A stretch of DNA of 64,000 nucleotides from Ilumatobacteraceae bacterium (lineage in GTDB: Bacteria; Actinomycetota; Acidimicrobiia; Acidimicrobiales; Ilumatobacteraceae): the NCBI GenBank assembly GCA_963707515.1, contig CAVPQI010000002.1:280643-344642 (forward strand), in the 5' to 3' direction. Of this stretch, positions 36,119 through 44,653 are shown piece after piece (within the stretch, counting starts at the first letter, position 1; each line of letters begins with the position of its first letter). The position numbers and the translations under genes were made by a program. The notes beneath the pieces were generated by a model. That model was not told where the DNA came from. It saw only the letters and a list, made by a program, of their open reading frames with translations, and did no database searches.

Positions 36119-37270
36119 ATGAGTGAAGAACTGCAACGCCGCGCCGCCGACGTCGACGCCGACCGGCTGCTCGACGAGGTCGTCGTCGTCGACGATGGTG
36201 GGCTCGGTCCCGAGCTCGACGACGACATCTCGCTCGAGATGAACGAGGTCGTCGGACTCAGCCAGAGCCAGATCGTCCGTCGCCGATTCTTCCGCCATCG
36301 CGGCGCGATGATCTCGCTCGCCGTGCTGATCATGATCGTCGTGCTGGCGATCACCAGCGTCGGCTACGGCCCGATTCCCGGCTGGTGGAAGTGGGAGCCC
36401 GGCCAGCTCGTGCCAAAGGTCCCCGGCAACGGTGGCCCGACGATGTCGTTCCGCCCGACGTGGCTCGGCGGCGCCGGCATCAAGCTCGGCGATCATCCGT
36501 TCGGCGTCGACAACGAGCTCGGCAAGGACATGTTCGCCCAGACGATGCGCGGCGTCCAGACCAGCCTCACGGTGATCCTCGTGCTCGGTGTGCTGGCGAC
36601 GTCGATCGGCGTCGTCGTCGGCGCCCTGTCGGGCTACTACGGCCGCTGGATCGACTCGGCGCTGATGCGCTTCACCGACGTCGTGATCGTCATGCCCCTG
36701 CTGGTGATCACCGCCGTGGCCGGCTTCGCCCTCGATCTCGCCGGTATCTGGCCGGTCGCCGTGGCACTCGGCATCTTCACCTGGACCGGCCTGGCGCGTC
36801 TCGTCCGCGCCGAGTTCTTGGCCCTGCGCGAGCGGGAGTTCGTCGACGCCGCCCGAGTCGCCAACGCCTCCGACCGGCGGATCATCTTCCGGCACATCCT
36901 GCCGAACACGGTCGGCACGATCATCGTCAGCGTCACGTTGCTGATGGGCGCCGGCATCCTCACCGAGTCGGCACTCGGCTTCCTCGGCTTCGGCGTCCGC
37001 GCCCCCGAGGTCTCGCTGGGCACGCTGGTCAACGACTACGACGGGGCGTACGAGACCCGGCCGTGGCTGTTCATCTGGCCCGGTGTGTTCGTCATCGGCA
37101 TCGTGCTGTGCCTGCAGTTCATCGGCGACGGCCTGCGCGACGCCTTCGATCCACGCCAGAAGCGGATCCCGCGGCGCAAGGACCTCGACCGTCACGGCCT
37201 CGTCGTCGCCGAGGACCTCGAGTTCCGCGACCTCGATCCGTCGACCCCGTCGCCGGGAGCGTCGTCGTGA
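36119..37270 (+). CDS. ABC permease (DppC/OppC-like)
   Basis: ARLVRAEFLALREREFVDAARVANASDRRIIFRHILPN is the typical DppC EAA region; 383 aa. Confidence 0.85.
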   Translation: MSEELQRRAADVDADRLLDEVVVVDDGGLGPELDDDISLEMNEVVGLSQSQIVRRRFFRHRGAMISLAVLIMIVVLAITSVGYGPIPGWWKWEPGQLVPKVPGNGGPTMSFRPTWLGGAGIKLGDHPFGVDNELGKDMFAQTMRGVQTSLTVILVLGVLATSIGVVVGALSGYYGRWIDSALMRFTDVVIVMPLLVITAVAGFALDLAGIWPVAVALGIFTWTGLARLVRAEFLALREREFVDAARVANASDRRIIFRHILPNTVGTIIVSVTLLMGAGILTESALGFLGFGVRAPEVSLGTLVNDYDGAYETRPWLFIWPGVFVIGIVLCLQFIGDGLRDAFDPRQKRIPRRKDLDRHGLVVAEDLEFRDLDPSTPSPGASS

Positions 37271-37281
37271 ACGGCGCTGCG

Positions 37282-37893
37282 TCAGCCGACGAACAGCGAC
37301 GCCACGCAGAGCACCGCCAGTGCGGCGACGAGCAGGCCGATCTGCCAGTGCCAGCGGACCGGCGGTCGCTCGAACTCGAGTCGTGGATCGTCGAGATGAC
37401 CGGCCTCGCGAAGGCGCTCCCATCGTCGGCGGACCACGCTGGCCGCGTCACCCGATGCCGTTCCCGCCAGTTCGCCCATGCTCACACCGCTCGGTGTGGT
37501 CGGTGCGTCGGCGGTCCCTCGGGAGCGGACCGCGGTGCGCAGCGCGGAGCCGGCACCTGGTGCGGGCGCCGCCCAGGCGGCGAAGCGCCCGTAGGTGGTC
37601 TGCAGCGTCAGCGTGTACCGGGTCTCGACGTCGACCAGGGCCGGCCACGGCACGTCGATCGTGCGGGCGACGTTGACCAGCCGCACCCCGGCATCGGAGA
37701 CGACGACCTTGGGGCGCCAGAAGATGGCCCAGCAGCACGTCACGAGCAGCGCCATCCACGGCAGCGTGAGCAGGGTGTCGGTGATGCCTGCCGAGATGGC
37801 GACGACCACCAGGCTGACCACGGCGATCGCGGCGACGAGCACCGTCACGCCGATGCCGAAGCCCGGCCGGAACTCCTCCTCCACGGCGCCCAT
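37282..37893 (-). CDS. membrane protein with bacterial PH-like domain
   Basis: From ATG 37893: two TM helices, then VVVSDAGVRLVNVARTIDVPWPALVDVETRYTLTLQT, which resembles bPH (CFP-6-like) domains. The longer track ORF (start 38070) only adds translated tandem repeat. Confidence 0.55.
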   Translation of the reverse strand: MGAVEEEFRPGFGIGVTVLVAAIAVVSLVVVAISAGITDTLLTLPWMALLVTCCWAIFWRPKVVVSDAGVRLVNVARTIDVPWPALVDVETRYTLTLQTTYGRFAAWAAPAPGAGSALRTAVRSRGTADAPTTPSGVSMGELAGTASGDAASVVRRRWERLREAGHLDDPRLEFERPPVRWHWQIGLLVAALAVLCVASLFVG

Positions 37894-37911
37894 CCTGCCA
37901 GAACGCACGAG

Positions 37912-38073
37912 CTGTCCCGCGGCGTGCTGTCGCACGACCTGTCCCGCGGCGTGCTGTCGCACGACCTGTCTCGCGGCGTGCTGTCGCACGACCTGTCTCG
38001 CGGCGTGCTGTCGCACGACCTGTCTCGCGGCGTGCTGTCGCACGACCTGTCTCGCGGCGTGCTGTCGCACGAC
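37912..38073. repeat. 27-bp tandem repeat CTGTC(C/T)CGCGGCGTGCTGTCGCACGAC x6
   Basis: Six exact head-to-tail units (two C variants, then four T variants). The array ends 20 nt before ATG 38094. Confidence 0.9.
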
Positions 38074-38093
38074 CTCGACGAACGGATTTCCCG

Positions 38094-39824
38094 ATGACCG
38101 ATCAGCCGACGACCCCCCGCAAGGTCGCCCAGGTCCGCGACCTGCGCGTCGAGTTCTGGGTCAACGGACAGTGGTATCCGGCGGTCGAGGAGGCGACGTT
38201 CGACGCCCAGGGTGGACGGACGCTGGCGATCGTCGGCGAGTCCGGATCGGGTAAGTCGACCATCGCCCTGGCGATGATGGGCCTGCTGCCGCAGAACGCC
38301 CACGTCAGCGGGTCGATCCTGCTCGGCGAGCAGGAGATCGTCGGCCTCGACAAGCGCACCCTGCGGTCGATCCGCGGCAGCCGTGTGTCGATGATCTTCC
38401 AGGAGCCGATGACGGCGCTCAACCCGGTGTACACGATCGGGTTCCAGATCGCCGAGATGCTCCGGAGCCACCAGTCGATGTCACCCAAGCGCGCTCGTCA
38501 GCGGGCGATCGAGTTGCTCGAGCTGGTCGAGATCCCGGATCCCGAACGGCGCATCGACAGCTTCCCCCACGAGCTGTCCGGCGGTCAGCGTCAGCGAGCG
38601 ATGATCGCCCAGGCGCTGGCGTGCGATCCCGAACTGCTCGTCGCCGACGAGCCGACGACGGCGCTCGACGTGACCGTGCAGGCCGAGATCCTCAAGCTGA
38701 TGCGCAGCCTGCGTGACCGCATCGACGCCGGCATCGTGCTGATCACCCACGACATGGGCATCGTCGCCGACCTCGCCGACGACGTGATGGTGATGCAACA
38801 GGGACGGATCGTCGAGTCGGGGCCGACGCGCACCGTGTTCAACGATCCGGTCGATCCCTACACCCGCGCCCTGCTGGCGGCGGTTCCGCACCTCGGTACC
38901 GAATCGACGCCGGAGGAGACCGCCGCGGCGTCGGTGGTCGTCACCTCGGCGTCGGACAACGGCGACGCCGCGCCGGCCCGCGACCCGTCGGCGATCGTCG
39001 AGTTGCGCAACGTCGCCGTCGAGTACCCCAAGCGCGGCAGGGTCCCGGCGTTCCGCGCCGTCGACGGCGTCTCGTTGACGATCGGTCGCGGTGAGGTACT
39101 GGGCCTGGTCGGCGAGTCCGGCTCCGGCAAGACCACCATCGGGCGTGCCGTGGTGGGTCTGCTGCCATTCGTCGACGGAACAGCCACCGTGCTCGGCCAC
39201 GACATGGTCGGCATCAGCCGCAAGGGGCTCGGGGCCGTGCGACGCGACGTCAGCTTCGTGTTCCAGGACCCCGGATCGTCGCTCAACCCACGTCTGCCGA
39301 TCGGGGAGTCGATCGGTGAGCCGCTGCGCCTCGCCAAGGTGGCCAAGGGCAAGGAGCTCAACACCCGCGTCGAGGAACTGCTCGACCAGGTGCACCTCGC
39401 ACGCGAGCTGCGCAACCGCTACCCGCACGAGCTCAGCGGCGGTCAACGCCAGCGCGTCGGCATCGCCCGGGCGCTGGCCCTCGGGCCGAAGCTGTTGATC
39501 GCCGACGAGCCGACCTCGGCGCTCGACGTGTCGGTGCAGGCCCGCGTGCTCGATCTGTTCCAGGACCTGCAGCGCGAGATCGGCTTCGCCTGCTTGTTCA
39601 TCTCCCACGACCTCGCCGTCGTCGAGATCCTGGCCGAACGCATCGTCGTGCTGAGCAAGGGCCAGGTCGTCGAGGAGGGCACGCGCGAGCAGATCCTCCG
39701 CAACCCGCAGCAGCCGTACACGCAGCGCCTGATCGCCGCCGTGCCGGTTCCCGATCCCGACGAGCAGCAGCGCCGCCGCGAGCTACGCGACGCCATCCTC
39801 GAAGAGCAGGAGATCGTGTCCTGA
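38094..39824 (+). CDS. ABC transporter ATP-binding protein (fused DppD/DppF-type double cassette)
   Basis: Two cassettes, each with Walker [10 protein letters not shown] / GESGSGKTT and signature LSGGQRQR; 576 aa. Confidence 0.9.
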   Translation: MTDQPTTPRKVAQVRDLRVEFWVNGQWYPAVEEATFDAQGGRTLAIVGESGSGKSTIALAMMGLLPQNAHVSGSILLGEQEIVGLDKRTLRSIRGSRVSMIFQEPMTALNPVYTIGFQIAEMLRSHQSMSPKRARQRAIELLELVEIPDPERRIDSFPHELSGGQRQRAMIAQALACDPELLVADEPTTALDVTVQAEILKLMRSLRDRIDAGIVLITHDMGIVADLADDVMVMQQGRIVESGPTRTVFNDPVDPYTRALLAAVPHLGTESTPEETAAASVVVTSASDNGDAAPARDPSAIVELRNVAVEYPKRGRVPAFRAVDGVSLTIGRGEVLGLVGESGSGKTTIGRAVVGLLPFVDGTATVLGHDMVGISRKGLGAVRRDVSFVFQDPGSSLNPRLPIGESIGEPLRLAKVAKGKELNTRVEELLDQVHLARELRNRYPHELSGGQRQRVGIARALALGPKLLIADEPTSALDVSVQARVLDLFQDLQREIGFACLFISHDLAVVEILAERIVVLSKGQVVEEGTREQILRNPQQPYTQRLIAAVPVPDPDEQQRRRELRDAILEEQEIVS

Positions 39825-39833
39825 GCCGTTGGC

Positions 39834-40544
39834 TCAGTGCCCCGGCATGTCGAAGCGCCAGCGCAGGTTGATCGACCCGCCCCACTTGATGTCGCCCGAA
39901 CCGTCCTGCGGACGCCACGTCACGTCGGCCTCGCCGCGGAGGTAGAGGTCGACGTTGCGCAGCGGGCGCACACCGAGCTCGCTGTCGTTGTCCAGCCCGA
40001 GCTCGAAGCCCTTGTCGCGGGTCCAGTCGAGCGTCAGCTGGGTCGTCGTCTGGGCGTACCAGTTGCGCCAGAAGCGGAACTCACGGTTGAACAACTGCAC
40101 CGTGCCGTTGCCGGCGAGCGGCCCGACCGGGCCCTGCAGCGTCAGCTGGGCGCCGGGGTGCGTGGCGAGGTCGAAGTTGTCGAAATCGAGCGCCATGTCC
40201 TGGAGCGTGGTGCTGTCCCAGTGCAGCCGGAGATCGAACGGCACACGCAGGTTGATCGGGTTGCCGCCCGTCGCGCCGCCGCCTCCTCCGCCGCCACCGC
40301 CGGACGGCGCGTTCTCCAGCGCGTCCCACGTGGCGTCGTCGACGATGCCGTCGGCGGGCAGCCCCTGGAGTTGCTGGAAGAACTCGACCGACGCTTCGGT
40401 GATCGGCCCGAAGAACCCGTCGACGGCACTGAGCTGCACCTGGCCTGCCGATGCTTCGCCGGCGAGGCGCTGTTCCAGCAGTTGCTGGAGATAGGTGACC
40501 CAGTCGTGTTCGTCGCTGTCGCGACGGAGTGTCGGATTGGCCAT
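39834..40544 (-). CDS. protein with N-terminal peptidoglycan-binding-like (PG_binding_1) domain, poly-Gly linker and beta-rich C-terminal domain of unknown family
   Basis: AAGGAGG RBS overlaps the upstream TAA. VDGFFGPITEASVEFFQQLQGLPADGIVDDATWDAL matches the PG_binding_1 pattern, followed by SGGGGGGGGGATGG and a 150-aa alternating-pattern domain. No signal peptide. Confidence 0.6.
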   Translation of the reverse strand: MANPTLRRDSDEHDWVTYLQQLLEQRLAGEASAGQVQLSAVDGFFGPITEASVEFFQQLQGLPADGIVDDATWDALENAPSGGGGGGGGGATGGNPINLRVPFDLRLHWDSTTLQDMALDFDNFDLATHPGAQLTLQGPVGPLAGNGTVQLFNREFRFWRNWYAQTTTQLTLDWTRDKGFELGLDNDSELGVRPLRNVDLYLRGEADVTWRPQDGSGDIKWGGSINLRWRFDMPGH

Positions 40545-40554
40545 GGTCGCCTCC

Positions 40555-40737
40555 TTACGCGATGGCGGCGCCCTCGTCGCCGCCGATCGTCATCGACGGA
40601 TCGATGCCGTCGACGTTTGCGGGCACCGGCTCGGCCTCGAGCCAGCCGACCCACTCGGCATCGAGGTCGATCGTCGCCTCAGGATTGAGGTCGAACTCGA
40701 ACTCGACGCCGTCGATGTCTTCTCGTTCCTCGGACAT
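40555..40737 (-). CDS. small, highly acidic hypothetical protein (60 aa)
   Basis: GAGGAGG RBS before ATG 40737. MSEEREDIDGVEFEFDLNPEATIDLDAEWVGWLEAEPVPANVDGIDPSMTIGGDEGAAIA has about 18 Asp/Glu and 1 Arg. Confidence 0.55.
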   Translation of the reverse strand: MSEEREDIDGVEFEFDLNPEATIDLDAEWVGWLEAEPVPANVDGIDPSMTIGGDEGAAIA

Positions 40738-40847
40738 GTCGTCCTCCTCGGTCGCGTCCCTGGAGACGATCGTGCGCGCCGATGCGGCGTCCGTGAAGGC
40801 GCGGCGGGGCGTCCGCAGGGGCAGCGCAGTGCCCGTCCGGGCAGCCG

Positions 40848-41594
40848 TCAGGCGTCGTGATCGGGAGGCAGCAGCCGGATCTCGTCGGCGGAGATCTCGG
40901 GCAGCGCGTGCACCGCTGCGAGCATGTGCTCGCTCCACAGCTCGGAGAGCCGGGTCAGGTACGTCGAGTCGTCGTCGATGCGGGCGTGCAGCAGCTCGTG
41001 CGAGTCGGCGGTGTACAGACCGATGTCGTACGGCGGGCCGACCGACAGGTTGGCGATCGCCGTGCTGATCATCGACGTGAGAGCGATCTTGGCGGCGGTG
41101 CGCAGGTCGGCGTTCGACCGCACCGCCAGATCGAGCCACGCCTTGCCGTACTTCGTCTCGCCGATCTGCAGGAACGGCCGGTCATCGGAGGCGCGGATGT
41201 AGTTGCCCTCCGGGTAGACGAGCAGGATGTCGGGCCGCTCGTCGCCGACCTGACCACCGAGGATGAACGTCGCCGTGGCGTTGGCACCGAGCGATGCCTG
41301 GTGACGTCCGGCGGTCTCGAGGTTCAGCCGCCCGAGGTACAGGGCGGCCTCGAAGAGGTGTTCCACGGTCGCCAGCGACTCGCCGGGGCCGTCGAGGTCG
41401 CGGCGGATCTGGTCGAGCACCTCGTGCGTCGTCGCCAGGCTGCCCGCTGACTGGAGCACGAAGAGCCGCTTGTCGTCCGGGCGGAAGACGTGCAATTTGC
41501 GGTATGTGCTGACGTTGTCGACGCCGGCGTTGGTGCGCGTGTCCGACATGAACAGCAGCCCCTCGTCGAGGCGCATGGCGAGGCAGTAGGTCAC
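40848..41594 (-). CDS. proteasome-type Ntn peptidase, Anbu-like (ancestral beta subunit homologue)
   Basis: Starts M-TYCLAMRLDEGLLFMSDTRTNAGVDNVSTYRKLHVF, i.e. Thr right after the initiator, as in Anbu/HslV-type threonine peptidases. GTG 41594 overlaps the upstream stop (GTGA). Confidence 0.75.
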   Translation of the reverse strand: MTYCLAMRLDEGLLFMSDTRTNAGVDNVSTYRKLHVFRPDDKRLFVLQSAGSLATTHEVLDQIRRDLDGPGESLATVEHLFEAALYLGRLNLETAGRHQASLGANATATFILGGQVGDERPDILLVYPEGNYIRASDDRPFLQIGETKYGKAWLDLAVRSNADLRTAAKIALTSMISTAIANLSVGPPYDIGLYTADSHELLHARIDDDSTYLTRLSELWSEHMLAAVHALPEISADEIRLLPPDHDA

Positions 41595-41881
41595 GCGTAG
41601 ACCTGTTTCCCTCGGGTGCCGACACCGAACCAGCTGGCGAGGTCGGCGATCAACCCGACGAACACGAAGACCCAACCGAACCCGTTGATCGGGTCACCCC
41701 AGGCGTTCATCGCGCTGTAGGCGAGCGTCGTGTACGGGAGGAAGAGCCAGCCGGCGAATCCGATCCAGAAGCTGTCGAACGCACGCTCGTTCCAGTCGGA
41801 GAAGATCTGAATCAGGATCAGTGCGAAGCGGGGGAACGCGGCGCCGAGCAGGAGGACCAGGCAACCACACACGGCGCCCAA
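41591..41881 (-). CDS. small membrane protein (about 3 TM)
   Basis: TTG 41881 or GTG 41872 start. LGAVCGCLVLLLGAAFPRFALILIQIF..., WIGFAGWLFLPYTTLAY..., FGWVFVFVGLIADLASWF. Coupled to the Anbu-like gene. Confidence 0.5.
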   Translation of the reverse strand: MGAVCGCLVLLLGAAFPRFALILIQIFSDWNERAFDSFWIGFAGWLFLPYTTLAYSAMNAWGDPINGFGWVFVFVGLIADLASWFGVGTRGKQVYA

Positions 41882-41906
41882 CCCTAGTCGCCTAGGGTTT
41901 GGGCGC
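41874..41906. promoter_or_regulatory. hairpin / inverted repeat in the 42-bp divergent gap
   Basis: GCGCCCAACCCTAG-TCGC-CTAGGGTTTGGGCGC (14-bp arms, one bulged T). It overlaps the TTG start of the minus-strand gene and ends 18 nt before GTG 41924. Confidence 0.35.
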
Positions 41907-41923
41907 CGACGAAAGGGACCGAC

Positions 41924-42238
41924 GTGGCCGACGACATCATCATCCGTGACGACCCCGACCGACACCGCTACGAGATCGTGGTCGACGGTGCGTTCGCCGG
42001 GTTCGCCGTGTACCACGTGCGGTCTGGCCGCTACTTCTTCGTCCACACCGAGATCGGCGACGCCTACGAGGGCCGAGGGCTCGGGTCGGCGTTGGCTCGC
42101 GGTGCGCTCGACGACGTGCGAGCCAAGGGTGCCCTGATCGTGCCGCTGTGCCCGTTCATCGCCGGTTGGATCGACAAGCACCCGGACTACGCCGACCTCG
42201 TCGACGAGGAGCTGACGGCGTCGCTCGGAGCGAGCTGA
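41924..42238 (+). CDS. small GNAT-like N-acetyltransferase (YjdJ type)
   Basis: 104 aa. RHRYEIVVDGAFAGFAVYHVRSGRYFFVHTEIGDAYEGRGLGSALARGALDDVRAKGALIVPLCPF matches the single-domain GNAT-like family. Confidence 0.65.
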   Translation: MADDIIIRDDPDRHRYEIVVDGAFAGFAVYHVRSGRYFFVHTEIGDAYEGRGLGSALARGALDDVRAKGALIVPLCPFIAGWIDKHPDYADLVDEELTASLGAS

Positions 42239-42241
42239 GCG

Positions 42242-44653
42242 TCAGCTCGCGGACGCGGACGCGGGCGCGGGCGCCGAATGGGGCACGATCATGTCCCAGC
42301 TCATCTTCACCCAGTCCCGGGCGCCGGCATCGGGCATGTAGGCGCGGGCGACGGCGATGCCGATCTCGGCGAGCGCCGTCGAGTCGGGGAAGACCAGGTA
42401 CATCGGGTGGTGCTCCGGCTGGAACTTCTGCTTGAAGAAGAACAACGACCGGAAGCCGTAGTACGGCTCGAGCGTGATGGCGAGGAAGTCGAGCAGCTTC
42501 TGCAGCACCTGTTGGTCGCTGTTGCCGGCGAGCTGCTCGGATGCCTTCGCCAGCGGCGCCGCCGACAGGCTGACGAAGCAGTAGCCCTCCGCTTTGAACT
42601 GCATCGCCGAGGCGCCGATCATGAACTCCATCACCGGACGGAACCCCTGGTCGCGGCGGCGCATCAGGTCGAGTGTCCATCCGACGATCTCGCCGTCGGT
42701 CGCCCACGGGCATCCACGACGTGAACCCCTCGATCGTCCGATCGGCATCGACCGCGAGGTGCAGGCGCACCTCGGGATCGTCGGCTTCGCGCAACGTGCC
42801 GAGCGTGAAGCCCATCTCGGGCAGCGCCTTGTCGGAGACCCAGCCGGCGCTGATCGACCGCAACTGGTCGGTCACGACCGGTGTCGAGTCCTGCCAGCGG
42901 GTGACCTCCATGGTGACGTCGTTGCTTGCCGGCGCGGTTGATCGCCGTGCGGACGTCCTGGAACGCCTTGCCGCTGGAACTCCAACCCGTCGAGCACCAC
43001 CACGCTGTCCTCGGCGACCTCGACCGACTTCCAGCCGAGTGCCGGTGCGAGGGCCGCCGTGTCCTGCACCGGCGGCGAAGAGGCACGGGATCCAGCCGCG
43101 AGTGGAAGCAGTAGTCGTCGAACTCGCGCAGCGCAGCTTCTCGACGGTCGGGCGGGCCCACCGGATCGGCGAGGCACAGGGCGATCGTGCCGATGACCTC
43201 GTAGCCGATCGCCGTCTCGCCGTCGTCGCTGATCCACACGGTGATGTCCTTCCAGGTCAGCATCCACTCGATGTTCGACGAGGGCCAGGTACGCAGCATC
43301 TGGCGCAGCCGCACATCGGCTTCGGGGACCGGGCGCGGCCGGCGGCTGGAGTAGACGATGCCGATGATGGTGACGATGATCGCCAGGTACCACACGGCAC
43401 CGATCGAGTTGACGAACACCCGCGAGGACGTGGTGGCCGGTTCGATGTTGCCGCTCGTCGAGAACACGAGGCGGTAGAGGAACTCGGTGATCATGTCGGC
43501 CGGCCGGGCGGCCGGCACGAATTCGTCCTTGAGCACGGCGAACCCGACGGCGGTGTACACGAACAGCCCGAGCGCGACCCAGAGCAGTCGACGGCCGGCG
43601 CGACGGAAGACGTGACTGCGTGCGACGGGCGGTGAACGCCCGGGACGGTGAGCAGCAGCAGGAGCAGCTGGCCGCCGACGAGGACGAGTCGCGCCGTGCG
43701 CTCGGCGCTCGATTCGGCACCGAGCACCGCCACGAGGACGAACACCGTGATGCCGGTGGTGAACGCCCAGGCGACGCGCCGACCGCGTCGCAGTCCGTCG
43801 GCGAGGGCGAGGAGCCACACGGCGCTGACGATCCGGGTGAGCGACAGCCCGGAGGACGTCTCGAGATCGAGGTCGCGGGCAACATGGAACGGTCCACCGT
43901 TGCCCGGGATACACGCTCTCGATCAGGCCGGCGATCGCCGTGACGGCGATGACCAGGGCGACGAGTGCCCGCTGGGTGCGCTGGTTGAAGGTCAGCGTCG
44001 GACGCGCCGGACGGCGCCCGGCGAGGAACGGGCCGGCGACGATGCCGATGACGAACGCGACGAAGTGCTCGACGTCCCACAGCAGGCCAGACGTCAGCAA
44101 CATCGCCAACAGGTAGGCGCCGAAGCGACGCGGACGCGGCGACGCCACACCGGCTGCATCACGGCGCGACAGTGCGCCGAGCACGGCGAAGCCGCCGGCC
44201 GAGAGACCGAGGTCGCGGACGCCGCCGAGATCGACGGCCCACGGCCAGCCGCTGTCGTCGAACGCCCACAGGAACAGTGCCGTGAGCAGGCCGGCGAGGA
44301 ACTGCCCGCCGATGCCGACGACGATCGTGCGGAGGTGACCGACGCGTCGCTCGTAGACGCTGGCGACGATCATCCAGCAGGACCAGGATCGGGATGTACA
44401 TGACGAGGCGGGGGGCGAAGAACATGCCGGTGAAGAACGTCCACCACTCGCCGTCGCGCAGCGCCGGCAGTCCGTAGGCCACCTGGTCGTAGAGCTCGCT
44501 GCCGGCGTCGATCGAGTTCCAGGCGGCACCCGTGACGAGGCCGGCGATCACCACGGCGGCGACGACCGAGGCGGTCGCCCAGTAGCGGCGGAGCAGATCG
44601 CTGATGTACCGGGCGAGGTCGGGGCGCCGGCTCGGCTCGCCGTCGGCGGTCAT
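42242..44653 (-). pseudogene. rhomboid-like TM domain / DUF2156 (MprF C-terminal, aminoacyl-phosphatidylglycerol synthase-like) gene broken by 8 frameshifts
   Basis: Recognisable segments switch among the three minus frames at about 44374, 43905, 43641, 43095, 43070, 42976, 42921 and 42698. The C-terminal part (EGYCFVSLSAAPL..., PYYGFRSLFFFKQKFQPEHHPMYLVFP) is typical of DUF2156. ATG 44653 overlaps the upstream stop (ATGA). Confidence 0.75.

Noticed and set aside
34333-36354. 673-aa minus-strand ORF
   Set aside because: It is antisense to the DppB/DppC-like permease genes and consists of a charged low-complexity translation.
37894-38070. N-terminal (RQHAARQVV)n extension of the PH-like protein ORF
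   Set aside because: It is purely the translated 27-bp tandem array. ATG 37893 gives a normal N-terminus, so the extension was not called as coding, although it cannot be excluded.
37912-38073. Possible CRISPR array (also considered for 30825-30920, 51891-52124 and 24846-24901)
   Set aside because: The units are head-to-tail with no unique spacers, unit lengths are 9-27 bp, and there are no cas genes. These are simple tandem repeats.
42242-44653. Programmed ribosomal frameshifting as an explanation for the frame switches (also for 19065-20810)
   Set aside because: There are no slippery heptamers or downstream structures at the switch sites. Eight switches in one gene, in both directions, are not compatible with known recoding mechanisms.
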